NCBI RefSeq assembly: GCF_009914755.1
Contig: NC_060925.1
DNA: 64,000 nucleotides
Reading direction: 5' to 3' (one strand)
Source: the human T2T-CHM13v2.0 reference genome, Homo sapiens
Shown in pieces: positions 27,254 through 40,320 of the stretch. The position numbers were made by a program, and so were the translations under genes. Within the stretch, counting starts at the first letter, position 1; each line of letters begins with the position of its first letter. The notes beneath the pieces are model-generated. The model had not been told where the DNA came from, ran no database searches, and was given only the letters and a program-made list of their open reading frames with translations.

Positions 27254-27491
27254 TAATCCCTAAGGCTTATGTCTACATAATGATTATAATCCATTAAAGA
27301 TCACAAGCCCATCTGTTATGCACCTTTGCATCGTAGCCTTTTCTTCCACCAAGGGTATCATAAACATGTGTCATCTGAAACAGGAAAAATACTGAATGGA
27401 TTTCACCAAGTGTTTAACATTTCCCTCAGTCAAAATATGAACAATCAAAAAAGGCTGATTCAGAAGACTTCACTTGTGATTTCTCTTGTAG

Positions 27492-27619
27492 ATATTCCAT
27501 CTTGGAAAATGGATTCCTTCATATTCAATCAGCACATGTCACTGACACTGGACGGTATTTGTGTATGGCCACCAATGCTGCTGGAACAGATCGCAGGCGA
27601 ATAGATTTACAGGTCCATG
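27492..27619 (+). CDS. HMCN1: Exon (~74), Ig C-half YSILENG...LQVH
   Basis: tgtag acceptor, G|gtaaat donor, 128 nt, DTGRYLC. Confidence 0.94.
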
Positions 27620-27930
27620 GTAAATATCCGTTTATAGACAACATCCGGTCTCTGTGTCAAATGCTCTTTGATTGCCTAAACTAGTGAGGTCATAAAGATC
27701 TTGACATTGAAGGCTAGTTAAGCAATTTACATTATGGTATGAATAGCAAGCCCCAAGTTTTCTCCTTAGTATAGTTAATATCATCACAGCACTATTAAAA
27801 TTTGCAGAGTCTTGTTTGCTCATAACTATGAGGCAAGTTAATAATGACTAATTTCAGTTCAGCAGAAATATTTCAAATGGCACGCTATTTGCTGACTGTG
27901 TTTCCTTCTTATTTGGTGACATTGTCTTAG

Positions 27931-28087
27931 TTCCTCCATCTATTGCTCCGGGTCCTACCAACATGACTGTAATAGTAAATGTTCAAACTACTCTGGCTTG
28001 TGAGGCTACTGGGATACCAAAACCATCAATCAATTGGAGAAAAAATGGGCATCTTCTTAATGTGGATCAAAATCAGAACTCATACAG
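27931..28087 (+). CDS. HMCN1: Exon (~75), Ig N-half VPPSIAPG...QNSYR
   Basis: cttag acceptor, AG|gtaagg donor, 157 nt. Confidence 0.94.
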
Positions 28088-29666
28088 GTAAGGATAATTT
28101 AAAACTCCTACCAACTATTTACAAACAGTTTGTAATGAATCAACATTTTAATTCTATCAGTGGGGTCAGCAAATATATAGACTATAACAAATTAGCTAGC
28201 ATATAGAGGGTTTTTTTCCTTAATATGGACTTAGTTTTTCAGCCTAAAATATTTTTCTGAATTATAGGTCATCTTTTCCATACATAAACCCTGTGGATGA
28301 ATGTCAGTGATTATATATAGGATTAGATTTATATCCTGCCTTATTTGTTTAGTACCTTTTGGACTTTTATAAAGGCAAAGGATAAAAACATCATTTTATA
28401 TAAAAGAAAAACTATTCTGTAAAAATAAATACGATCTTTAGTTGTAGAATAAAAGTCAAATTTTATACCTTAAAATACAATTTAGATATTGGCAGAATGT
28501 GTAGGGAGGAAAAACAGCATTTTCTCCATTTTTTTTTTTTGCTTTTTTCCAAGCTTTAATACCATAGCTCATAATATGGCAATATCTATTTTTCAAAGGC
28601 TAAACTTTAAATCACTAAGAATTTCTGATGTTATAGGTGAGCATCATTTTTTGTATCTCACCTGAGCTATCAGATTATTACTCTGTCAAACATTTGCCAT
28701 AGCGCTAAAAATAAATGCTCTCTTATGTCCACTTTAACAAAAATCAATTCCAATACATCAGGAAATATAAAACTAGGAGTGCTGCAGTTGAAATTCTATC
28801 ATGTCTCTTTTTCACCCTTTTAATCTTTTGGCATTGGGAGGTTCAGTGACTTGAAAGTATACACTGTATGGAAAATGTGCCATGCTTTTGAATTAAAAGG
28901 TGTGTCAAATATGTTTTATTAATGTTTTTTATTAAATCATTTCTATCATGCACAGTGTGAAATCAAATAGATATTCTAATTTAGATTTACTTTAAATCAT
29001 GTATGTGTATTTACTAAACCTCCTAAAATGTGAAGTGTTCTAGATTTTAGTTTTGAATATATATACACACATACACACACTTGTTCAAAACTAAATATAT
29101 ATATATATACTTTTTTTGAAATAGATATTGCCATATTATCTACAAGGTAGCCACACATTTAAGGAGACATGCAAAGTACATAAAGGGGTGAGACACACAG
29201 ACTTGTCATTAGCCATCTGTCAATGGAAATAAACAAATATCAACCTGCTAGGTTATTGTGAAATTTAAAGATAATTTATGCAAAGCATTTAAGATGGTGC
29301 CTGGAGTGTATCTGATGCCCAGTAAACAGTGGCTGTTATCAGTGTTCTCATTGTACTGTATTTCTCCTAGGAGAGCCAGGTTGATCATAATATAAGCATT
29401 TAGAGAATGTAAGATTCCCTCTTCAGACAATCCTTCCCACAATTACTTCCTGTAAATATTATATCAAGTTTGAGGCTCTAGAAAGCCACTGCCATACAAA
29501 CATAAACTCTAATGCATAAAGTTGGCCTCAGGGACATGATGTTAATTTTAACATGAGGGAAGAGTACTGTTTTCATCAATTTACAACATGGTACCATGTT
29601 AAACTAGCTGGGAAAATTTATGAAAACCTACATATAGTATCTCATGCTTTGAAATGTGTCTTCTAG

Positions 29667-29788
29667 GCTCCTTTCTTCAGGTTCACTAGTAATTATTTCC
29701 CCTTCTGTGGATGACACTGCAACCTATGAATGTACTGTGACAAACGGTGCTGGAGATGATAAAAGAACTGTGGATCTCACTGTCCAAG
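29667..29788 (+). CDS. HMCN1: Exon (~76), Ig C-half LLSSGSLV...LTVQ
   Basis: tctag acceptor, G|gtagaa donor, 122 nt, DTATYEC. Confidence 0.94.
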
Positions 29789-29873
29789 GTAGAATTGGCT
29801 TGGAACATGGATTGAAACATGATAATGCTATCACTTCGTTATTCTACTACTTTACAAAAGGGATCCCTTTTCT

Positions 29874-29990
29874 TTTTTTTTTTAAACATTTATTTTAAGT
29901 TCAGGGGTACACATGCAGGTTCGTTATATGGGTAAACTAGTGTCATGGGGGTTTGTTGTACAAATTACTTCATCACCCAGGTATTAACCC
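29874..29990 (-). mobile_element. Very short L1PA 3'-end insertion
   Basis: poly-T then ttttaagttcaggggtacacatgcagg...catcacccaggtatta; candidate TSD atcccttttct at 29863-29873 and 30007-30017. Confidence 0.8.
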
Positions 29991-30131
29991 AGAAATAAAA
30001 GGAGGAATCCCTTTTCTACTTACCTAACTTTCACTTTCAGAGCAAAAAGAGGATGTATGATAAGTCTTTGGAAATCTTTAAGGGCTGGAAATGTGTAGTT
30101 TTTTCCCTTTTTGTTGTTGTTGTTGTTTTAG

Positions 30132-30296
30132 TTCCACCTTCCATAGCTGATGAGCCTACAGATTTCCTAGTAACCAAACATGCCCCAGCAGTAATTACCT
30201 GCACTGCTTCGGGAGTTCCATTTCCCTCAATTCACTGGACCAAAAATGGTATAAGACTGCTTCCCAGGGGAGATGGCTATAGAATTCTGTCCTCAG
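30132..30296 (+). CDS. HMCN1: Exon (~77), Ig N-half VPPSIADE...PRGDGYRILSS
   Basis: tttag acceptor, G|gtaaga donor, 165 nt. Confidence 0.94.
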
Positions 30297-31149
30297 GTAA
30301 GACCAAGCTCAGTGATTTCACATCTATTGATTGTATTATTTATTGATGCATATTCTTACCTGGCCTTTGTTGCACCAGAATAAAAGAATAAAATATGCAT
30401 GCATTCTTGAACTTAAAAATCTGGAAAACAGATTGTTAAAACATATTTTTAACATAGAAAGGGGTTCTAGGGAATAGAAGAGAAAAAAATTAGTCTGGAA
30501 ACAAAATAACAATATCTAAGACTGATCTGAATATAATAAACATGATCACCGGTATTTATGTGTATATTTACCAAACCTAAGGTTTAACAAATTCCCGAGT
30601 TACCTGTGAGTGAATCACACTTCTTTCATTGGCCAAATAGAATGTCTCTTCATTTATCGAACATTTAGTGCCTAAGACAGGATATATACTCTACTAAGAT
30701 TCTGAGACTGTATAACTAAAACAGGGTTCTAGGTTTCAAGGTTTTTAAAATTGAGTATGTAAGACTGAGTGAGTAGCGAGTTCTATGAAGGAAAATTTTT
30801 TATAGTGGTAGTAACCCTCATTTATACAATTTATAGTATTGAAGAAAAAAAAATCACCTAAAGTATAGGTGATTCACGTTGGTGTTTCTAAAACTTATCC
30901 TACACTGGGGAAACACAATAGAGATAAAGTAGCAACTAATATCCTGGGACTTTAAGAGTATGTGCATATTATTCTAAGAGAATTTGTGTATTTCCTCAAT
31001 AGAAGGGTAATAGTGGAAAATGTGTTCCCAGGATGCAACTTGGCTTTCAAGACAAATTATTTTGACTATGGATTGGTAGCAATTGAAATCATAAAAGATT
31101 TTAAAATAAAGTATTAGGCTAAGAAAACAATTTAGAACTTTCAAAATAT

Positions 31150-31698
31150 TAAACCTAGCAACTTCATTCCTAGGTATTTACCCAAAAGAAATGAAAACAT
31201 TTGTCTACACAAAGGCTTATATGCAAATCTTCATACAGCATCATTCACAATAGCCAAAAAGTGGAAACAATTCAAATGTCCATCAGCTGATAAATGGATA
31301 AATAAAATGTGGTATATCCATGCAATGGAATTCTGTTTGGCAATAAAAAGGAACAAAATATTGACAAATGCTACAGCAGATGAACCTCAAAAACATTATG
31401 CTCATAGTGAAAGAAGTCAGACACCAAGGACCACATACTGGATGATTCAGTTTATATGAAGTGTTCAGAAAAGGCAAATCTGTAGAATCAGAAAGCAGAT
31501 TAGTGGTGGGCTAAGGCCAGGGTTGTGAGTGGGGAATGACTGTAAATGAGCACCAGGGTTCTTTTGGGGGTGATGGAAATATTCTAAAATTAGATTGTGG
31601 TGATGTTTGCATAACTCTAAGTATACTAAAAATCATTGAATTGCGCATTTAAATGAGTGACCCTTATGATATGTAAATTATGCCTCAATAAAGCTGTT
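31150..31698 (+). mobile_element. L1MB-type 3' end
   Basis: cctaggtatttacccaaaagaaatgaaaaca...ggtgatggaaatattctaaaattagattgtggtgatg...ctcaataaagctg. Confidence 0.85.
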
Positions 31699-31863
31699 AG
31701 TAATAATTTAAGTACTGTGCTAGGCACTTCAGGGGATACAAGTATGAATATAAGCCAAGCACCACCATGCTATTTGCAGAAAACACACAAAAGAGAGTCA
31801 AATTTTATTGAACTAAAAAAACTGAGATGCAGTATATATTAAAACATTTTTTTTCATTTTTAG

Positions 31864-31971
31864 GAGCAATTGAAATACTTGCCACCCAATTAAACCATGC
31901 TGGAAGATACACTTGTGTCGCTAGGAATGCGGCTGGCTCTGCACATCGACACGTGACCCTTCATGTTCATG
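31864..31971 (+). CDS. HMCN1: Exon (~78), Ig C-half GAIEILAT...LHVH
   Basis: tttag acceptor, G|gtatgg donor, 108 nt, HAGRYTC. Confidence 0.93.
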
Positions 31972-32417
31972 GTATGGAAGGCTATTTACTCATTCAAAGT
32001 TCGCTGGGTTTGGGGAGGTTTTTTAGTCATATTTATTCTGAAAGGTGGTAGGTACTGTCGAGAGCTATGAACCATAGTAATATCTTGGGGATATGAAAGC
32101 CTGGTAGATACTTTTAATAGGCTAAAAAAGGCACACAAATGGCAAACCACTCAAAGTAACTCCAAAATAATTTTTCTTCTTGGCTTTTTATGATCTGTTC
32201 CTGACTCTAGTCTTCCAGTGGGGTTCTTCTAATGGAAACTGGCTACTGTAGCAAGACTCAAAGAATGCAGTGTGGCCAACATTCACTTTTCTCTTGGGCA
32301 ATCAAATCACTAATATTTTAGAATTATGAATTTGGGTATTTTTAAGCTCATTACTACAATAGACATGGTTTATTAACTAGTGCTATTACTTCTTTTTGTT
32401 GATTGGTTTTTTTATAG

Positions 32418-32555
32418 AGCCTCCAGTCATTCAGCCCCAACCAAGTGAACTACACGTCATTCTGAACAATCCTATTTTATTACCATGTGAAGCAACAGGG
32501 ACACCCAGTCCTTTCATTACTTGGCAAAAAGAAGGCATCAATGTTAACACTTCAG
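32418..32555 (+). CDS. HMCN1: Exon (~79), Ig N-half EPPVIQPQ...NVNTS
   Basis: tatag acceptor, G|gtacct donor, 138 nt. Confidence 0.92.
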
Positions 32556-32683
32556 GTACCTACCACTGTTTTTCTATCAAGAAAATCATAGCACATCAGT
32601 GTTTTATAATTCGAATCAGCATGATTGTTTTTAATGAACAGGCTTTTTTTTTTCCCCACTCTGCTTTTGTAACTATGTTGTAG

Positions 32684-32818
32684 GCAGAAACCATGCAGTT
32701 CTTCCTAGTGGCGGCTTACAGATCTCCAGAGCTGTCCGAGAGGATGCTGGCACTTACATGTGTGTGGCCCAGAACCCGGCTGGTACAGCCTTGGGCAAAA
32801 TCAAGTTAAATGTCCAAG
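32684..32818 (+). CDS. HMCN1: Exon (~80), Ig C-half GRNHAVLP...LNVQ
   Basis: tgtag acceptor, G|gtacct donor, 135 nt, DAGTYMC. Confidence 0.93.
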
Positions 32819-33454
32819 GTACCTAAATAATTCATCTCTGTTTTCAATTCAAAGATGTTTGTAACAATGTCTACCAAATATTTATATATCTAAAATGATT
32901 ATGCTGCTGTTCCCCCATAGTTCTCGACATTCTTAGTTTGCATTATCCTATTGGTTTTTCTATCACTTTTATGAAGAAAGTTTAATGTATTTTATTTTGT
33001 TGGCCATTGTTTGTATAAGAAAACACAGGCATCTAATCCTATTTTGAACTTCTATGAACCTCTGTTTGATACTCCATTTCATTATAGCATATGTATGATG
33101 TGATTGTTAAAACCATTCTCTCTACAATACTACCTTGGATACATTACAAAACACTGGATTATAACGTTCCACTTAAAAAATCATAATCGCAGTTAAACCA
33201 ACTTGATGGAAAAAATTATTCTAAAGAGAAAGCAGGGTATTTTTGTGTTTTCAAACTTAACTGATATTTTCTTGATAGAATTTTTATATCTTGCATGCAC
33301 TGCTTTTGCAAATTAGAGGTGACCCAGAAATAGATTTCAAGCTACTAAATTTGAATTAGCTTAAATGTCTTATACTGTAATTTTCCTATGGTAGATTCAT
33401 GAATATAATAAACCTCACTTTCCTGCATATTATAAATCTAATTGGTTTGTATTT

Positions 33455-34780
33455 TTCAACATTTATTCAACATTAATAACTGGAAATACATTGAACATTA
33501 CAGACATGATCCTTCTCTTATGGTGTTTATACATTGATGGAGAAGGAAAATCTTAAACTACCAGATAGATGAAATAATGATAAATTCTGATGTATGCTAT
33601 ATAGAGGAAAAGCAAAAGACTGAGACAGAGAAGAATAATGGGAATATGTGGGGACCACTTTAGAAAATGGTTAGGATAGGTTTCTCTGAGGAAGTAATAT
33701 TTAAGTGACCCCTGAATGATGAGCTAGGATAAGCCATGGGCAGGTTGGTGGAGTGTCCAAAGGAGAGAGGACAGCATGTACAGTGACCCCAAGTCAAGAA
33801 AGAGTGAGAAAAGAAAGTATGGCAGTGTGGCTAGATGGTGGTGAGCAAGCCCAAGGCAAGCAAAACACAAGGGAGATCAGAAAAGTAGGCAGGGCCCATG
33901 CATGGATGGCATGATGTACCCTAAGATATGTAGATTTTATTCTCTGTGCAAATAAATCTTTTGAAGGGCTTATCCAGGACTCTCATTTGGTTTTAGGAAG
34001 ACCCCTCCTGCAGCTCTAGGTAATGGTTTAGAGAAAAGGGCAGGACTGGAGTTGTAGTGTGTTATTGTCCAAGAGTGGAGATGGGAGCACAAATTGCAGA
34101 AGTGAATGAGAAAACTGATGGATTTATGTTGTTTATGGAGGTGTAATTGTTAGGATTTCTGATGAATTGGTAGGTTAGGAATAGAAAATTAGTGAAGCTT
34201 CCTGGGCTTCAGACTTAAGCTAGTGAGTAGATGATAGTGCCATGTTGGAACGCAAGGGGAAGAACTGGGTTGGGAAGAAGGAAACCATGATTTCTGTTTA
34301 ATTTTATTAAATATGGGAAACTATTAGAAATCCTAGTGGAGATGTCAAGTAGAGAGTTGAATATATATGAATTTGGAGCTCATGGGAGAAGTATAGTCAA
34401 AGATAAAAATTTGGAAATAATCAGCGTTAAACCCACAAGACTGGATAAGATCACTAAGGAAAGAGAATGTGTACAGAAAAGATTGGCAAGGACAAAGTCC
34501 TGGGGCTGTGCATTGTTTCAAGGTCTGAGAAAGGAAAATAATACAATGGAGAGGGCAGGGATATCGTTGGAAAACTTAATGAAGGCTAGGGAAGGTTAGT
34601 GTTTCAAGAAGAGAGTGAACGGCTTTGTTAAATGCAGTTGAGTCAAGTAGGATAAGGACCCAAAAGTATTCATTGGTTTCAGCAACACAGAGGTCGTAGA
34701 AAAGAACATTTTTAGATTTGAGGAGTTGTTTCTTCATGAAATGATTGAAATTATTGACATGAGAGAAATTAAGGGACAAA
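33455..34780 (-). mobile_element. L2 fragment
   Basis: caacatttattcaac tail and typical L2 antisense body (ggtttctctgaggaagtaatatttaag). Confidence 0.65.
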
Positions 34781-35623
34781 GAAACACATTAAACAACCAA
34801 AAGCATTTCAACATTCCAAAAGCAATCGGAGATAATTGCTTCCTCAGAGGCATGAAAAATTCTGAATAGACTGTCTTCTTGCAGATACAAATGTAATGGT
34901 AAGCACAAATTCAACCAAATAATTTTGTTGCTATAAATAATCTTAATACGATTATCAGTTATTTCATATGCCTTTTTATAGTGATGCGTTACAACTGAAT
35001 AGAATATCCAGGCTAATACCTAAGTGGTGATCAGCCTATTGTAAACACTTGGAAAGGAAATCCTTATTATAAGCTCTTTTATAGGTTTCCAAATAAATGG
35101 GAAGAGTTTTACCTATATAATTATTTTCCATGATCTATTTATGTATTCATTAGTTCAAATAATCCTTTATTAAATGTAGCCACTGTATATGTGTATTCTA
35201 AGCTCTATGGAAATACGTAAGTAAAAGTATCCAAGCAGTTGAATATTTTCCAAAACCTGGCGTTCATTTTGGAAGTTTAAATACCTAAAGTGAATCACAT
35301 AATTTATGTAAGTTAAAGAAAATATTTTTGTTGATACAGCTTAAATTTTCTAGACATGCATGCCCTCATGAATATATGTTTATCTCCTCATTTAAAATCG
35401 ACTATCACTTAACATTTATGGGTTAGCTAGGGACTAGTTTTCTGAAGTGCGCCCAGATAATTTTTTGTTCCCATGAAAAAATGTAGTGCTCCTTTTCTAA
35501 TGATATGGTGAAGTCAGGATTTTGTTTCTTATCAATGTTTGCTAGAGCAGTACTGTAGTATGTAATTTGCGCACTCATGCTTCTAAGATAAAGTTTGAAC
35601 TTTATATTTTTTGTATATTTTAG

Positions 35624-35893
35624 TTCCTCCAGTCATTAGCCCTCATCTAAAGGAATATGTTATTGCTGTGGACAAGCCCATCACGTTATCCTGTGAAGCA
35701 GATGGCCTCCCTCCGCCTGACATTACATGGCATAAAGATGGGCGTGCAATTGTGGAATCTATCCGCCAGCGCGTCCTCAGCTCTGGCTCTCTGCAAATAG
35801 CATTTGTCCAGCCTGGTGATGCTGGCCATTACACGTGCATGGCAGCCAATGTAGCAGGATCAAGCAGCACAAGCACCAAGCTCACCGTCCATG
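35624..35893 (+). CDS. HMCN1: Exon (~81), complete Ig domain VPPVISPH...LTVH
   Basis: tttag acceptor, G|gtaggt donor, 270 nt, symmetric phase 1. Confidence 0.95.
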
Positions 35894-36759
35894 GTAGGTT
35901 GTTTAACATGAATTATTTTAGTCTGCTGCACTACCATGGCAAAGAGAAAAGGCTACCAAGAGCAAATCTGATGGAAGTCAAAAACCCTTAAACTCAGTAA
36001 TCCAAAGTGTGTGTGGGGGTGTGGTGTGTAGGTGCACTTCAAATCTGTTTTCTGTAGGCTGTGTTTCTGTGTGTTTGTGCACATAGGTGTGTGAGAGAGA
36101 AAGACAGATTTTATTAATATTGCCAGGATTTTTAATGTGTTGCTAGTACCCTCACATATTGTGATTAGTTGGCTTATGAAGAGTCCGTTTGTGTTTTGTG
36201 ACTTTTCTGCTTTACTTCTCAAGCTTCAAGTCATCTTGGTTCAAATGAATCATCATATGACCTACATTGTATGATTTGACTCTAATGAGAATTAGGAGAT
36301 CTATTTGATTCATTATATTAAAGTGGCAAAATATTACATGTATATTTTTATAACAGAAAAATATCTTTGTATTAAGACAACAAAATATTGAAAAATCAGC
36401 ATTGAAATATTTTTAGTTTTTATTATATATTTTGACTAAGGATAGAATCCACGTTAATATCAGTGGTGGGAAACAATACCAGATTAAACTGCTTCCAGCC
36501 TCTATTTTCAGAGGTAATTATTATAATGAGGAGTTTCTGCCTTTTCATTTTTCAGAAATTTGTGAAAGCTGTTTTATTTTTCAAGTGTATTTTAATTTTC
36601 TGTAACTTCATAGTAACAGAGACAATTTTGAGTGGAAACATTTTTGGTTGAATAATTTAGCCAAAATTAAAAATCATCATTTATGAGTTTTCCAAATAAC
36701 TCCCCTGCTTTCAGTTAATATAATTAAACTAATCAATATACACTATCCATTTGCCTTCA

Positions 36760-37245
36760 AATAAATAATACTCCTTCTTCTCAAATGTCTATAGAAAATT
36801 TACCAAAATTGACCATATACTAAACAAAGAAATTGTTAATAAGTTTCAAAAAGATAGACCATAATTTCTACCCACCATGCAACAAAGCTAGAAATTTGTA
36901 ATGAACTTTGAAAACCCCAAACCCAGACAACTTTAAACACTCTTCTAGCCAAAAAGTAGGTCAAAGAGTATTTTTCTGTTTTCACATTATTTAGAAAATA
37001 AAGACATGACATATCAAAATGTACAGTGTGTGCTCAAAGCTAAAATCAATATAAAGTCATAGCAATAATTCTTTCATTTTGAAAAAGAAAGAACTGAATT
37101 AAATATACTAATGCTGCAAGTTTGTATCCCGTAACAAAAGACAAATAGCAACCCAAGGAAATCAGGATAAAGAAGATAATGAAAATAGAGCAAGAATTAA
37201 TTAAAAATGAGTATTTACGATGTACCATTGAGCAAAATCAATTTT
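36760..37245 (+). mobile_element. Old L1M ORF2 (endonuclease-end) fragment
   Basis: cttcttctcaaatg...accaaaattgaccatatacta...catatcaaaat resembles L1 ORF2. Confidence 0.6.
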
Positions 37246-38276
37246 TGTGTTTTCCAAGTTATCTATGTTTGTATCTATAATTATTTATATAATGTTTGTA
37301 TATTTAATCATATAATCATAAAGGACAAAAAATTAACTATTTTAATCGAAAACAGTTAATTTAACTGAAAGTAGCTAATTAAAGTTTATATAGCAATTTT
37401 ATTTTTGCTAAGGCCAACTGTTCTCTTTTCACTCGTTAAAATGTCATTAAGATGGGTCTGCTTCTGATTTGTTTGAATAATTCCAAATTCATTGTTTTGG
37501 GAAGGGAGTGTATTTTTACTTTTGAACCGAGAATTCTTAATACTTTTTGTCTTTTCTTTAGAAGTAACTATCTTAGTTCTAAGTCCAATCAAGTATTTTT
37601 TATTACACTAAAATATTCAGTTCATCTCTATATTGCCCAAATTCTAGTTAAAAAAATTTGAGTCACAGGAAGTATTTGGTACTATACTGTGCAGTTATAA
37701 AGTCACTCTGAAAATTTTCTCTGACAGTATGAAAACTGAATTAAGTGTCTTGATCTGGTTTACTTGTATTCATTGTAACATGTAAAATACTGCAATAAGT
37801 ATTTTTTTTTCTACAGCACTTTGTGATATTCAGTATTGGGTGAGTGTTTTATAGTGTTTTATGGTGACTATTATTAGTTCATCCTCATAATATACAGCAG
37901 TTACGCAACCATAGAAGCATTTTTTCGTTTTGTTGTTGGTTTGTTTTACTTCACTGCAGTAAACAGAAGTAACTTAAAGACGGAAAAGTCAGGGAAGCCA
38001 AATAAAATCTAAAGATCTTCTACCCAGTTCTGTCATTTGCTCAGAAACCAAACGTAAATATATTCAGTAAGTTCAATTACATTAGGATTCTTGCTAGCAC
38101 CAAAAATACTGATTTCTTTCATAGCAGGAAGCAAATCAATATCTTAATAGATTTTCATTTTTAGTATTTCTAGCAAAATTACCCTGAAAAGAGTTTTTTA
38201 TGTGTTAATTTTTATTGTGAATAAAGACATTATTGAACTCAGCTTCCTGGATGACTCTTTTTTAAACTCTTCATAG

Positions 38277-38467
38277 TACCACCCAGGATCAGAAGTACAG
38301 AAGGACACTACACGGTCAATGAGAATTCACAAGCCATTCTTCCATGCGTAGCTGATGGAATCCCCACACCAGCAATTAACTGGAAAAAAGACAATGTTCT
38401 TTTAGCTAACTTGTTAGGAAAATACACTGCTGAACCATATGGAGAACTCATTTTAGAAAATGTTGTG
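38277..38467 (+). CDS. HMCN1: Exon (~82), Ig N-half VPPRIRST...LENVV
   Basis: catag acceptor, GTG|gtaagt donor, 191 nt. Confidence 0.94.
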
Positions 38468-38949
38468 GTAAGTTTAATGGACGTGAACAGATACATTAAG
38501 CCAGATTGTAAATTTGCCATCATACTTTTAGTAATTTAGCATGGAAGTATATTCTTTAATAATTAAAAAAAATATTCTTGTAAAATCAGGTCACAAAATT
38601 AATTTTACACGTATTTCATGTCCCTTGAATGAGAATAATATTTAACAGACGATAGGAACTCATAAATGCCCTCCTTCGAAAATTATTTTGTGTTTGTGGA
38701 AATATGTGTTTATCAGGAAAAATTTTAAGTGCCAGTGCTATATTCTGTGCTCTTAACCTTATTTGGCAATGATAAGTATCTAGAGTAAATAATTGTAATT
38801 TTTATGCTATATTTTCAATTCTTTAGTGCTTCAAGGGGAAAAATGTTAAACTTTTTTAAAAAAAGGAAAAAAGTCTATGTGTCTCAATGCAATCAGAAGC
38901 AGTCATTAATATTCAACATAAATATTCATATATATTCATATTTGAATAT

Positions 38950-40320
38950 TCCTATTCAAATATTCAACAAATATTTATTGAACACCTTCTCTGCAACTAG
39001 CACTGGTTTAGGCACTGGGAATACATCAGGGAACAAAAGAAACAAAGATCTTTGCCCTCATGGAGTTTATATCTAGAGGAAGGAGACAATAAAAATGAAA
39101 AATAGTAATGTCAGAAGAAAATAAGTCAGAAGAAAAAAGTGGCATGAAAAATAAGAGGGGAAAAGAGTGTCAGGAGTTGGAGCAGTGAAGGTTACAGTTG
39201 TAAATAGGGTAGTCAGAGTAAATTCTCTTTGGGAAGGTGACATTTGAGCAAAACTTGAAGGAAGTGAATTAGCCAAGCAAATATTGGAGGAGCAGACCGG
39301 GGGAAAAACAAAAATAGGTAGAGCAAAGAACTTGAGGTGGAAACATGTCCAGTGTATTTGAAAAGCAGGAAGCCAGTGAAAGCAAAGCAAAGAATGAAAG
39401 GAGAAAGACGTCAGTGATAAATGGAGGCCAAATCATGTCGGGTCTTACAGGTCATTGTAACAATTTTACCTTTTACTCTAAGTCAGAATCCATTGCAGGT
39501 TTTTGAGCAGGTGAGCAATCTTATATGCCTTAAATTTTAAAGGGTTACGTTGGCTGTTGTGATGAGAATCAAAGGTAGGGAGACAAGGACAGGAGCAGTG
39601 AGACCTGTTGGGAAGACTCTCTGGAGGCAGATGAGAAATGATAGAACTCAAAGCAGGATGTTAGCAGAGAAGAGACAAGAAGTAAGACTCTGCATATACT
39701 TTGAAGCTAGCATTTTCTGGTAGATTGCAAGTAGGGTGTGAGGAAAAAAAATAAGAATGACTCAAATGTTTGAGACTGAAGGCATGAACAATTGGAAGGG
39801 TGAAATAGCCATCAGCCGAGACGGTGAAGGCTACAGGTGGTACAGGAAGGGGCCATTGGAAGGAATCGGGAGGTCAGTTTTGGGGCATGAATGTGAGACA
39901 TATCTTAGGCATCAGAGCAAAGAGTTAGAATAAGAAGTTCAATAGACTTTGAGTTTGTAAGAAAGTATCAGTATTTGGGTTGGAGATACTGATAGGCATC
40001 AGCATATAGTTGATATTTAAAGCTATAGCACTGTATGAGATCACCAAAAAAATTGAGTACAGATATAGAAGAAAAGAGGAGCAGAGGTTGAGCCTTCTCG
40101 CTTGCCACCATTAAAATGTTAATGTTGAGGAGAAGCCCCAAAAAAGGTTGGAGAAGCAGCAGCCAGTGAGATAGGAGGGGAAAATAGGCGAGCATAGTGT
40201 CCTGGAAACCATGTAAAGGTGGTTTCGCATAGAAAGGACTCATAATTGTGTCAGATTCTACAAATGCATCAAGAAAGATGAGTGATGAGAGCTGGCCGTT
40301 GAATTTAGCAAGTGAGGCCT
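38950..40320 (-). mobile_element. L2a
   Basis: caacaaatatttattgaacacc...gccctcatggagtttatatctag tail; reverse ORFs contain L2-like peptides. Confidence 0.8.

Noticed and set aside
31861-31866. TAG-GAG tandem (NAGNAG) acceptor
   Set aside because: GAG is a rarely used acceptor, and the proximal site preserves the conserved SSGAIEI Gly.
38938-38963. 11-bp perfect hairpin atatttgaata/tattcaaatat
   Set aside because: AT-only and adjacent to the L2 simple-repeat tail; likely incidental.
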